This document shows positions 9,093 to 17,802 of a DNA stretch of 64,000 nt, piece after piece. Made by a program: the position numbers and the translations under genes. How positions within the stretch are numbered: the stretch's first letter is position 1; every line of letters starts with the position of its first letter. The notes under the pieces were generated by a model that saw only the letters and a program-made list of their open reading frames with translations, was not told the DNA's origin and did not search any database. Origin of the DNA: an uncultured Acidimicrobiaceae bacterium (GTDB lineage Bacteria; Actinomycetota; Acidimicrobiia; Acidimicrobiales; RAAP-2); the NCBI GenBank assembly GCA_964457065.1, contig CAYWDQ010000005.1:41-64040 (forward strand). Direction: 5' to 3'.

Positions 9093-10994
9093 TCACAGTC
9101 CCACTCCGGCTCCGCGGGTCTGGCGGTACCAGAACTCGAGCGTGAGCAACTGCCAAATCTGCTTGGAGCGGTCCTCTCGACCCGACCGGTCGTCTTCGAC
9201 GAGCGCAGCAACCGCCTTCCTGTTGAGGAACCCCGTGCCCACGAGATCTCCCTCGAGCAATGAATCGTCGATCACTTCGCGCAAGTCGCGTGTCACCCAC
9301 GCTCGCAGTGGGGCCGAGAAGGACGCCTTGGGTCGGTGCACGATCTCCTTCGGCAGCCAGGCCTCGGCGGCGCGCTTCAACGCGACCTTCCCGTTTCTCC
9401 CAGAGATCTTGTCTTTTCCAGCCAGGGAGAAGGCAGCCCGAAAGACCATGGGATCCACGAAGGGGACACGCACTTCGGTTGACGCCGCCATGCTGGCTCG
9501 GTCGGTGTAGGCCAGGTTGAGTCCGGGAAGGAACAGTCGGGCATCGGCCAGACACATGCGGTTGACCCGATCGGGCAAATGGTTGTCCTCGTACACCTGA
9601 AGGTGCTGGTCGATGACCTCGTCCACGTCGTGATGCAACTCGGGGTTCAGGAGCGCCGCCAGCTCGACGGGGGCGTACAGGCTGTAGCTCCTGCGGAATG
9701 CGGCCTCTTCGGGGAGCTCGGCGAACGTCGTGAACCGCTTGGCCCAGCGGGCGTAGCGGAGACCGCGACCCCTGGCCGTCACCGGCAGGCGCTCTACGAC
9801 ACCGTTGGCAGAGCGATGGACGATGGCCGGAAGCTTCCGATACCGCCCAGCCAGTAGGCACGCCACGTGTTTGCGGTACCCCCCGAACAGTTCATCCGCA
9901 CCCATCCCCGAAAGAAGCACCTTGACCCCAGCCGCCCGCGCGCCTTCGGACATGAGCAGAGTGTTGATGGCTGCCGGATCACCGGTGGGCTCGTCAAGGA
10001 TATCGACCATCCTCGGCAGAAGGTCGACCACGTCGGGTGAGATCTCAATCTCGTGGAGCTCAATGCCATATTGCAGAGCGACCTTCCGGGCGAAGATGGC
10101 GTCGTCCGGCATGGCTTCGAGCCGCTGGTCCTGAGCTCGGAATGTGATGGTATAGGCATCGATCTCGGGATTTGCCCGCTTCGCCAGCACGGTCACGATG
10201 CTCGAATCAAGGCCACCGGAGAGGAAGCTCGAGACCGGAACGTCCGCAACAAGATGGGCGTTCACCGAGCGTTCGATGACATCGCCGAGATCGTACTGTG
10301 CCTCTTGAGCTGCGGCCGCCTCTTCGACGATGTCCCAGTACTGCTCGACGCGATGTGTGCCGTCTGGACGGAATTCGGCCCATGTGCCCGGTTGGAGCTT
10401 CTCGACACCCTGCACTGAGCACATCTGGTCGGGCACCCAGTAGTACAGCATGGAGGCGACGAGCGCCTCAGGGTTCATTCGTAGCTCGCCACCGAAGGCG
10501 CTCACCAATGCCTTGAGCTCGGAGGCGAACACAACCCCGTCCTTGCGACGAATGTAGTGCAGGGGCTTGATCCCGAACTGGTCACGTGCGAGGTACAGGG
10601 AGCCGGTCTTTTGATCGAGCAATGCAAATGCGAACATGCCCCGAAACCGCCGCAAGCATTGAGGTCCCCACCGTCGCCACGACTCGAGCACGACTTCAGT
10701 GTCGGAGTCGGTGGTGAACGTGACCCCGCCGGCCGCCAGTTCGGCTCTGATCTCCCGGTAGTTGTAGAGCTCACCGTTGTAGCAGAGCACCAACGGTCGT
10801 TTGACCAAAGGTTGTTGACCGTGGTGCAGATCGATGATCGAGAGGCGACGGTGGGCGAAATGGACGTCGACTCGCTCATCGCTGAAGGAGAACGAACCCT
10901 CCTCGTCCGGGCCGCGATGATGGAGGCACCGGCTCATCTTCTCGGTGGCGACGTGACCGTCGACCTGTTGGTAGGCGCCGGCAATGCCGCACAT
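9093..10994 (-). CDS. asnB: Asparagine synthase (glutamine-hydrolysing) family amidotransferase
   Basis: N-terminal nucleophile MCGIAGAY (class II glutamine amidotransferase). PP-loop SFLSGGLDSS in the synthetase domain. Confidence 0.9.
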   Translation of the reverse strand: MCGIAGAYQQVDGHVATEKMSRCLHHRGPDEEGSFSFSDERVDVHFAHRRLSIIDLHHGQQPLVKRPLVLCYNGELYNYREIRAELAAGGVTFTTDSDTEVVLESWRRWGPQCLRRFRGMFAFALLDQKTGSLYLARDQFGIKPLHYIRRKDGVVFASELKALVSAFGGELRMNPEALVASMLYYWVPDQMCSVQGVEKLQPGTWAEFRPDGTHRVEQYWDIVEEAAAAQEAQYDLGDVIERSVNAHLVADVPVSSFLSGGLDSSIVTVLAKRANPEIDAYTITFRAQDQRLEAMPDDAIFARKVALQYGIELHEIEISPDVVDLLPRMVDILDEPTGDPAAINTLLMSEGARAAGVKVLLSGMGADELFGGYRKHVACLLAGRYRKLPAIVHRSANGVVERLPVTARGRGLRYARWAKRFTTFAELPEEAAFRRSYSLYAPVELAALLNPELHHDVDEVIDQHLQVYEDNHLPDRVNRMCLADARLFLPGLNLAYTDRASMAASTEVRVPFVDPMVFRAAFSLAGKDKISGRNGKVALKRAAEAWLPKEIVHRPKASFSAPLRAWVTRDLREVIDDSLLEGDLVGTGFLNRKAVAALVEDDRSGREDRSKQIWQLLTLEFWYRQTRGAGVGL

Positions 10995-10997
10995 CGG

Positions 10998-12302
10998 TCA
11001 AGCTCCGGCTGCCGCTGGAACGCGATGTCGCGAAGTGACAGCGAGCTGCTCGTAGACGCCGACGTAGCGAGGAGCCTGATGATCCCAGGCCAGCTCCTGC
11101 TCAACCCGGGCACGTCCCGCCGTGCCCATGGAAACCCGTCGGGGCTCGTCGTCGATCAATTCGACGAGCAGCTGCGCGAGCTCCTCGACATCGTTGGGGG
11201 TTGCGTAGACGGCCGCCTCACCAGCTGAGATCCGTGTCTCACGCAGGTCGAAGGCGACGACTGGAACCGCAAAGGCCATGTACTCCATTGTCTTGTTCAT
11301 GGTCGAGACATCGTTCAACGGATTCTTGGGATCTGGCGAGATGCCCACGTCGGCTGTGGACAGGACGGCGGCCACCTCTTCATCGGGGATCCGACCCGTG
11401 AACATGACGAAGTCGGAGAGGTCGAGCCGGTCGCGCAAGGCGACGAGTTCGTCGAAGCAGTCACCCGAACCAATGAGGGTGAAGCTGATGTCGCGGCGCC
11501 CTAATCGGTGCACAACGTGGTCCGCCATCTCCAAGACGATGTCCACGCCATCTTGCGGTCCCATCACACCCAGATAGGCAACCAGATGGGGCCTGGAGCG
11601 TCGGAGGCTGGCGTCCGCCGTGGTTCGACGGAGTCGGTTCAGATCAGGGCCCGTACGGACAACCGTCACGCACGCCGGGTCGATGCCGTCCCGCTCGACG
11701 GCGATGTGTCGATAGGAGTCGTTGGTGGCGATCACGTGGTCCGCTGCCCTCGTGGTGCAACGCTCCATGCGTCGGAGGGCCCTGTAGATGAACGGATTTC
11801 CATTCGGGAACCGCGATTGGTACAGCTCTGGGCAGAGGTCGTGGTGATCGAAGACGAAAGAGGACCCGTGAAGAATCCGGAAGAGAAGTCCGATGGGCCA
11901 GAAGAGATCGGGTGGATTGCAGCTCTGGACGGCCAAGAAGCGACCGCGCAGACTTGCCTTGAGGCTCAGCGTGAGGGTGGCGAGGAACGAGTAGAGATAT
12001 TCGAGTACGTAGGAGGCGCCCGATCCACCAGGAGCGTAGGGTCGGTACTTGTACAGCTCGACGCCATTGACCTTGGCATAGGGCGGATCGCCGGGGGCTT
12101 TCGGGCAAACCACGGCAACCGTGAACCCGGCGTCGATCAGCGACAAGCACTCGAGCCAGACACGTCGGTCGAATGGGACCGGCAGATTCTGCACAATGAT
12201 GAGGATCCGCCCGCGATGGCTCGGCGATGCGCCCTTTGCGGATCCCTCTCGAGTTGTGCGCTGAGCCGTCGGCCGCTCGGCCGTCTGACTGCTTTCGGTC
12301 AC
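10998..12302 (-). CDS. Glycosyltransferase family 4 (WbuB-like)
   Basis: RILIIVQNLPVPFDRRVWLECLSLIDAGFTVAVVCP at the N-terminus. C-terminal GT-B region: NKTMEYMAFAVPVVAFDLRETRISAGEAAVY. The GTG start overlaps the upstream stop (GTGA at 12299..12302). Confidence 0.85.
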   Translation of the reverse strand: MTESSQTAERPTAQRTTREGSAKGASPSHRGRILIIVQNLPVPFDRRVWLECLSLIDAGFTVAVVCPKAPGDPPYAKVNGVELYKYRPYAPGGSGASYVLEYLYSFLATLTLSLKASLRGRFLAVQSCNPPDLFWPIGLLFRILHGSSFVFDHHDLCPELYQSRFPNGNPFIYRALRRMERCTTRAADHVIATNDSYRHIAVERDGIDPACVTVVRTGPDLNRLRRTTADASLRRSRPHLVAYLGVMGPQDGVDIVLEMADHVVHRLGRRDISFTLIGSGDCFDELVALRDRLDLSDFVMFTGRIPDEEVAAVLSTADVGISPDPKNPLNDVSTMNKTMEYMAFAVPVVAFDLRETRISAGEAAVYATPNDVEELAQLLVELIDDEPRRVSMGTAGRARVEQELAWDHQAPRYVGVYEQLAVTSRHRVPAAAGA

Positions 12303-13615
12303 CAGGCGAATCCCTCGTAGCCCTGCAGAGCTTCGATCTCGGGCCCGAGCCGGCCGTCGAGGTCGATGATCCGGGGCGGTGGCGCTGCGAGCAATGCTTC
12401 GACGACCTCTGGGGCCGAACAGGAGACAAGCGCGACGTCGGCGCCGGCAATCGCCTCTTTGGGACCTTCGGTGAGAATGCGCCTGAGGTGCGGAAGCTTG
12501 GATTCGACGTACTGGCGGTTCGCACCGACAAGGGATGACGGATTGACCACGGGGTCGTGGATGCGGACCTCGTAGCCCTTGCCCAGCAGGGTTTCTGCCA
12601 GGTCGACGTAGGGACTCTCACGAAGGTCGTCGCTGCCAGCCTTGAAGCTCAGTCCCAACAGCGCGACTCGATGACCCTCACCGGCAACGACTCGGTCGAT
12701 GGCTTCGTCGATCGACAACCGGTTGCTCGCCAATGTCCCTGAGAGCAAGGGTATGTCGATGCTCTCGCTGCGTGCCAGATAGAGAAGGGAGCGAAGGTCC
12801 TTCGGGAGGCAGGATCCGCCGAAGGCGAATCCCGGGCGCAAGTACCTGGGCGAGATATTGAGATGGCTGTCCTCGCAAAAGAGCTCCATCACCTCTCTGC
12901 TGTCGACGCCGAGCCGGCCGAAGATCCGTCCAAGTTCGTTGGCGAATGAGATCTTGGTCGCGTGGAAGGCATTGCACGCATATTTGAGTGCTTCCGCAGT
13001 GCGAGGGTGTACCACTCGGATCGGGGAGTCGATAAAGGAGAACAGCCGCGAAACGACATCGATGGCGCGCAGATCCGATGAGCCGATCACCGTGTATGGA
13101 GGGGAGTAGAAGTCAGCGATGCCCGTACCTTCACGGAGAAACTCGGGACACATCGCGACCCCCAGGTCCGTTCCCGAGTCCTGGAACGCGGCCTGCAGTA
13201 TGGCGGTGACGTCCTCGACCGTTCCGGGCGGAACTGTGCTGCGGATTACGACGGTGTGAGATGACCATGGCGGCATCGACGCCTTCAGTGGCTGCACCAG
13301 GTCCTCTACGACGCGATATATGTAGGAGAGGTTGGATTCGCCGCTCGTCGTGGACGGAGTGCCGACGCACAGAAGTGATGCGTCAGCACCCTCGAGCGCA
13401 TCCAGAGGGCGCACCGTGGCGTGAAGCCGCCCGGATGAGACGGATTCGGCGAGGAGGGCATCGAGACCTGGCTCAACGACCGGACTGTGCCCCGCTGAAA
13501 CGGCCGCAACCTTCAATTCGTCCGGGTCGACACCCCAGACGTCGTGCCCGTTGGCGGCGAGACAGCCCGCCGTGACGGTGCCGACATAGCCGAGTCCGAA
13601 GACTGCGACCTTCAT
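12299..13615 (-). CDS. Nucleotide-sugar 6-dehydrogenase (UDP-glucose/GDP-mannose dehydrogenase family)
   Basis: NAD fingerprint MKVAVFGLGYVGTVTAGCLA. Catalytic-Cys motif FAFGGSCLPKD. Start set at ATG 13615, 12 codons inside the ORF. Confidence 0.9.
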   Translation of the reverse strand: MKVAVFGLGYVGTVTAGCLAANGHDVWGVDPDELKVAAVSAGHSPVVEPGLDALLAESVSSGRLHATVRPLDALEGADASLLCVGTPSTTSGESNLSYIYRVVEDLVQPLKASMPPWSSHTVVIRSTVPPGTVEDVTAILQAAFQDSGTDLGVAMCPEFLREGTGIADFYSPPYTVIGSSDLRAIDVVSRLFSFIDSPIRVVHPRTAEALKYACNAFHATKISFANELGRIFGRLGVDSREVMELFCEDSHLNISPRYLRPGFAFGGSCLPKDLRSLLYLARSESIDIPLLSGTLASNRLSIDEAIDRVVAGEGHRVALLGLSFKAGSDDLRESPYVDLAETLLGKGYEVRIHDPVVNPSSLVGANRQYVESKLPHLRRILTEGPKEAIAGADVALVSCSAPEVVEALLAAPPPRIIDLDGRLGPEIEALQGYEGFAW

Positions 13616-13885
13616 GCGGACATGGGGTTCGGTGCGGGTAGCCCGCGGCATGATGGCGCCATATCAAGACGAGCGGCTGGGCGTCCGGGAGATACACGCC
13701 GAAGCACCTTTGGTCATGCATCTCTTGCTGGTTGGCCCGCCCTTGGTGGGCAGCGGTCTACGCCGACACGCCTCCTCCGGAATTGGCGATGATGACGGCG
13801 CCGGTCGGGCGTGGTCCCGGGAACAGAGTCGTGGAGTGCCGGATGACCCGACGTCCGTACCGTTCGGTCCGACCCTTCGTTCGTG

Positions 13886-14623
13886 TCAGTAGGCGCTGGC
13901 TCGTCGGCCGCTCAACGGTTTGGGAGAGCTGCACGGCGGACTGTCGCGGGACCACCCGGCACGCCGTGCCAATGCAACGGCCGCCAGCTGGGAGTTGACG
14001 CCCAGCTTGTGGAGTATCGCCTTGATCTGTGAGCGGACAGTCGAGATCGATACGAATGCCGCGGACGCGATTTCTTCGGCGCAGTGACCCTCCATCAGCT
14101 CGGCCAACACGACCTGCTCGCGTTCAGTCAGAATGGCGAACAACTGCAGCACGGGGTCCCGCGACCGCTGGGCAACACCCGTCAAGGCCAATGAGGCTGT
14201 TGGCCCTCGTTCGGCCTGCCGCACAGAGCCCATCCGGAGAAGGCGATTGATCGTCCGGAAAAGCTGGTCGAACGGCTCCCTCCCATCGATGAGGGCCGAA
14301 GTTCCCGCTCCCGTCCAGGCATTCAGCCGTTCGCCTTCGTCTGCTGCGTCGATGACGCAAATGCGGGAAACCTCTCGACGCAAGTTGCCAATGAGCGCGG
14401 ATCCGGAAGCGACGTCGAGGTTTCGGACATCCACGATCACGAGATTCGGCCGCCATTCGATCCCGCGTACGATCTCCGGTTCCCGAGGTGCGATGTGCCT
14501 GGTGGCAAATCCGTATGCCTCGAGGGCGCTCGCCAGGGCGCCGGCCAACAAATCGCTGCCAGCGACCAGGATCCGAGCGGGAATTCCCGGTGGCCCGGAT
14601 CGCCTCTCGACCGCGACACTCAT
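13886..14623 (-). CDS. LuxR-family regulator with atypical (pseudo-)receiver domain
   Basis: C-terminal LuxR HTH: LTEREQVVLAELMEGHCAEEIASAAFVSISTVRSQIKAILHKLGVNSQLAA. N-terminal receiver-like fold (ARILVAGSDLLAGAL...NLVIVDVRNLD) lacks the acidic pair. Start set at ATG 14623. Confidence 0.8.
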   Translation of the reverse strand: MSVAVERRSGPPGIPARILVAGSDLLAGALASALEAYGFATRHIAPREPEIVRGIEWRPNLVIVDVRNLDVASGSALIGNLRREVSRICVIDAADEGERLNAWTGAGTSALIDGREPFDQLFRTINRLLRMGSVRQAERGPTASLALTGVAQRSRDPVLQLFAILTEREQVVLAELMEGHCAEEIASAAFVSISTVRSQIKAILHKLGVNSQLAAVALARRAGWSRDSPPCSSPKPLSGRRASAY

Positions 14624-14950
14624 GACCTCCACCCACCTCCGGCGCATGGAGCCCACGCTCGACGCCCGGCCGCACGGCAACGAGCGGATGCCACCGTTGA
14701 CCTGTCCCCGCGTCCCCGCGGTGCTCTCGAAATCATGGTCACCGTGCTACCGCCTCCAAGAAGTGCTGGGAAGGTGACGACCCTGCCGACTCCTGCCGAC
14801 TTCACCCTCCATCTTCGGGACCATCGTGTCATCGTCGGGCACTGCGGCGAAACAGGTCCGATCGGACTGAAACTCCACAACGTTCACACAACGACCGGCG
14901 GCGCGGACAGGCGGCGTCACCTTGCCAGAGCGCACCAGCACCGCGCCCGT

Positions 14951-14977
14951 GCCCGCTAGAGACGCGCCCGCTAGAGA
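14951..14977. repeat. Perfect 12-bp direct repeat GCCCGCTAGAGA x2 (15-bp period)
   Basis: Copies at 14951..14962 and 14966..14977, inside the 516-bp non-coding stretch upstream of the second LuxR gene. Confidence 0.6.
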
Positions 14978-15139
14978 ATCGAGAGGTGTCCACCGCAAAC
15001 TTCCTCGACGATTAGGTTCCCAAAATGGCTTGTTGCCTGTATAACCCCGGAGCGGGTCGTTGTCCAGATGTTGATATTCCGGTCACGGCCTACCTCGTCG
15101 GGACCGGGGTGGTTCTCGGTCCGCCTCGTTCGGCGCCGG

Positions 15140-15553
15140 CTACACCAGATTTCGGGGCGCCCCCCGGCTCCATCGAGCCGCGGGCAGCACCTGAAAGCAC
15201 GCGTGACCTTCCGACGCGGGCGGATCGGTGATCACGACGACCGTGGTCTCCGACCCCGTGTTTCTCTCGAGAACCGATCGTGTGGCACGACGGAGAGCAG
15301 CCAGAACATGGGCACGACAAAGCTGGGAGAGCTCGTCGAGCCCGCCGACGTGCTGGCGGGGCACGACGACCAAGCCATCGAGCTCAGGCCCGCTGATCAC
15401 GATGACGTCCCCGTCGATGTGCTCGGGCACGTAGGGGGAATCACTCATCAGATCGTGGTCCACCAACCGCTGCGCAACGGCACAGGTGAGGCACCCCGCT
15501 TCCGGGGCCATGTTCCGGTCGGGAGATCGCGACAGCCCATGGTCTTGATCCAT
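15140..15553 (-). CDS. HIT-fold-like protein with degenerate histidine triad (H-x-C-x-Q)
   Basis: Hand alignment to HIT proteins. CLTC aligns with C-x-F-C, DGLVVVPRQH with GH-x-LV-x-PK-x-H, and EGHACFQVLP with H-x-H-x-H-x-x-P. Start ambiguous: GTG 15592, ATG 15553 or ATG 15511. Confidence 0.5.
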   Translation of the reverse strand: MDQDHGLSRSPDRNMAPEAGCLTCAVAQRLVDHDLMSDSPYVPEHIDGDVIVISGPELDGLVVVPRQHVGGLDELSQLCRAHVLAALRRATRSVLERNTGSETTVVVITDPPASEGHACFQVLPAARWSRGAPRNLV

Positions 15554-15559
15554 GTGATG

Positions 15560-15567
15560 CCCCCCCC
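15560..15567. repeat. C8/G8 homopolymer tract
   Basis: Eight consecutive C on the plus strand. On the minus strand this is G8, 7-14 nt upstream of ATG 15553 of the HIT-like gene. If GTG 15592 is the start, it lies inside codons W-G-G. Confidence 0.7.
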
Positions 15568-15898
15568 ATAGGCGGATTTCGACAGTTTGCACCTGTCGTT
15601 ACCGGAGCAGCGGCAGGAGATCATGATACGGCAACATCCGCAAAGCCGCTAGGACCCGTCGGGCGACACGCCGCAACGTATCAGGATCGGAACGTTGCCC
15701 TCGAAAAGAGGACGCAACGGGAAACGACCATTACCTTTCCGCTTCCGGGTGAATGAGGTGTGCGCAACGCCCAGCTCCGGTCGACGAGCCCTACCCAGTA
15801 CAGGCCCAGACCCATTCCCGTCGAGCTGTTTCTCAGAGGAATAGGCGAATGCAACGAATGACGCAATCTTACATGTCGGCACGGCGGTAGTTGCGGTC

Positions 15899-17476
15899 GT
15901 GTCATCAGACCTGAGCACCGGCTGGTGGGACTCTTCGGTCGAGCGGACACTGACGCGTCTGCCCAGGCGGCCGGCAGTGACCGACACCGACGCTCCACCC
16001 ATTGCGCCCGCCCCCCCACAGGTTGAGCGGGACGCCGCTCGCCAGCCGGCGATCATTCGGAAGAGGAGCAGTGGACTGAGACTTCGGCTGCTGATGGTCG
16101 ATGTCCTCGCCGCTGCCGGGACATGGCTCGTCTTGGGCACGATCAACATGCCGGACACGACGGGAACTCGTCGATGGGGTGCCGCAGTTGCGGCCACCGT
16201 CGTGACGCTGGCCGCCATGCAGCTGCTTGGGCTGTACCGATCGCGCCTCTGCGTGCAGCGTGGCCAGGAGATCACTCGGATCATCGTTGCTGTCGCGGCG
16301 GGCGCAGTGTGTCTCGAATTGCTACGGGGAGACGCAGGCCGAAGTCATGCTGCGGCCATTGTCGCGGCCGGATCCTGCGTCCTCGCCCTGATCGCCCTGC
16401 GCTGGATGTTCATCCAGTGGCTGCGCGCCCAGCGGGCGCAGGGGCGCTACAGCCGGGGACTCGTGATGATCGGGACCAACGACGACGCTGTCGCCGTGTG
16501 GACGATGCTGCATTCGCAGCCAGAGCTCGGTTACGAGGTGCGGGGGATCATCGGGAAGCCCCGGCGCCGCACGGACTGGGAACGCCTACCCAGCAGCCGC
16601 GCTCTCGCCCGCCTTCCTGACATCGCCAGACAGACTGACGCGACCGGAGTTCTGCTCGTGACCAACGCGCTCTCCGCAGCAGAGGTTCACGAAGTGATCG
16701 AGCTCAGCGCGGCCAACGGCCTGCACGTGCAGGTATGGCCGGGCTTCCAGGGGTTGGGCACACGCCGGGTCCGCCGCTTTCCGATGAGTGGCGAGACCTT
16801 CCTTTATGTCGAACCGGGACGACGGCCGACATGGCAATTCGCAGCCAAACGAGCCGTCGACGTGCTCGGAGCGGCGTTCGGTTTGCTGATCGCCTCGCCC
16901 ATCCTTCTGCTGACTTGCATTGCCATCCGACTGGACGACGGAGGCCCTGCCCTGTACCGCCAAGTCAGAGTCGGGTTGAACGAACGACCGTTCGTGGTCT
17001 ACAAGCTGCGAACCATGACCCTCGACGCCGACATCGGCGTCGACCCAGCCGTGATCAACGAACGCACGGGTGGTCCTCTCTTCAAGGCGGCCCACGATCC
17101 AAGGGTTACCAGGGTGGGCACCGTCGTCCGCGCCTTGAGCATCGACGAGATTCCCCAGCTCTTCAACGTTCTCGCCGGGACGATGAGCCTGGTGGGACCC
17201 CGTCCCGCCCTGCCTCACGAGGTTGCCCAATTCGAAAAGGAACTACTGCGTCGGCACAGCGTCAAACCAGGCATTACCGGGCTCTGGCAGCTCGAAGCAC
17301 GAGACAACCCCTCGTTCCACGCCTATCGCAGGCTCGACCTGTTGTATGTCGACAACTGGTCGTTCGGCCTGGATCTCTTCATCCTCCTGGCGACCGTGCC
17401 GATGGTGATCACACACGCTCTCAACCACTGCCGGCGAGAGCGGGGACCCGAACAGGCGGCGTCCGAGGCCCGATAG
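15899..17476 (+). CDS. Initiating polyprenyl-phosphate hexose-1-phosphate transferase (WbaP-type bacterial sugar transferase)
   Basis: C-terminal catalytic domain: KRAVDVLGAAFGLLIASPILLLTCIAIRLDDGGPALYRQVRVG...YKLRTM...DEIPQLFNVLAGTMSLVGPRP...KPGITGLWQ. A multi-TM N-terminal region precedes it. GTG 15899 is provisional. Confidence 0.9.
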   Translation: MSSDLSTGWWDSSVERTLTRLPRRPAVTDTDAPPIAPAPPQVERDAARQPAIIRKRSSGLRLRLLMVDVLAAAGTWLVLGTINMPDTTGTRRWGAAVAATVVTLAAMQLLGLYRSRLCVQRGQEITRIIVAVAAGAVCLELLRGDAGRSHAAAIVAAGSCVLALIALRWMFIQWLRAQRAQGRYSRGLVMIGTNDDAVAVWTMLHSQPELGYEVRGIIGKPRRRTDWERLPSSRALARLPDIARQTDATGVLLVTNALSAAEVHEVIELSAANGLHVQVWPGFQGLGTRRVRRFPMSGETFLYVEPGRRPTWQFAAKRAVDVLGAAFGLLIASPILLLTCIAIRLDDGGPALYRQVRVGLNERPFVVYKLRTMTLDADIGVDPAVINERTGGPLFKAAHDPRVTRVGTVVRALSIDEIPQLFNVLAGTMSLVGPRPALPHEVAQFEKELLRRHSVKPGITGLWQLEARDNPSFHAYRRLDLLYVDNWSFGLDLFILLATVPMVITHALNHCRRERGPEQAASEAR

Positions 17477-17802
17477 GCGCCCCAGTCCCCGGTCCGGTGC
17501 CCAGGCCGCCTGCGACGAGCAGCTCTCGCCCGCCCCTCCCGTCATGTCGGCTCTGGTCGCCAGCGGCGTTCGGGGCGCAACGAGTGGCGAGGCCCCCGGG
17601 GAGCCGACGGCGGTGCCGTTTGCCCGTGCGAGCCGCCGTTGTTGCCCAAGAAATGACCATCGTTCCCCAAAACAGGGGATGACGAGTCCCTATTTGTTCG
17701 GGACGATGCATCACACACAACCAGTCGGGGTTGCAGTGCCGGCCGGTTGAGCGGAGCGACGGGTCGAGGGGATCCCTGGCGAGGGATCAGGAGGCGGTTC
17801 TA

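Noticed and set aside
15883-15890. Exact match to the enterobacterial ops 8-mer GGCGGTAG just upstream of the initiating transferase gene
   Set aside because: An 8-mer is expected about once or twice by chance in 2 x 64 kb. It lies only 8 nt before the provisional GTG start rather than in a long leader. RfaH is a proteobacterial factor. I kept only the weaker leader-region hypothesis.
17544-17750. 68-aa ORF in the spacer upstream of the sigma factor gene
   Set aside because: The G/C bias at the third codon position collapses in its second half. It has no motif and overlaps the likely promoter patch. Not called as a gene.
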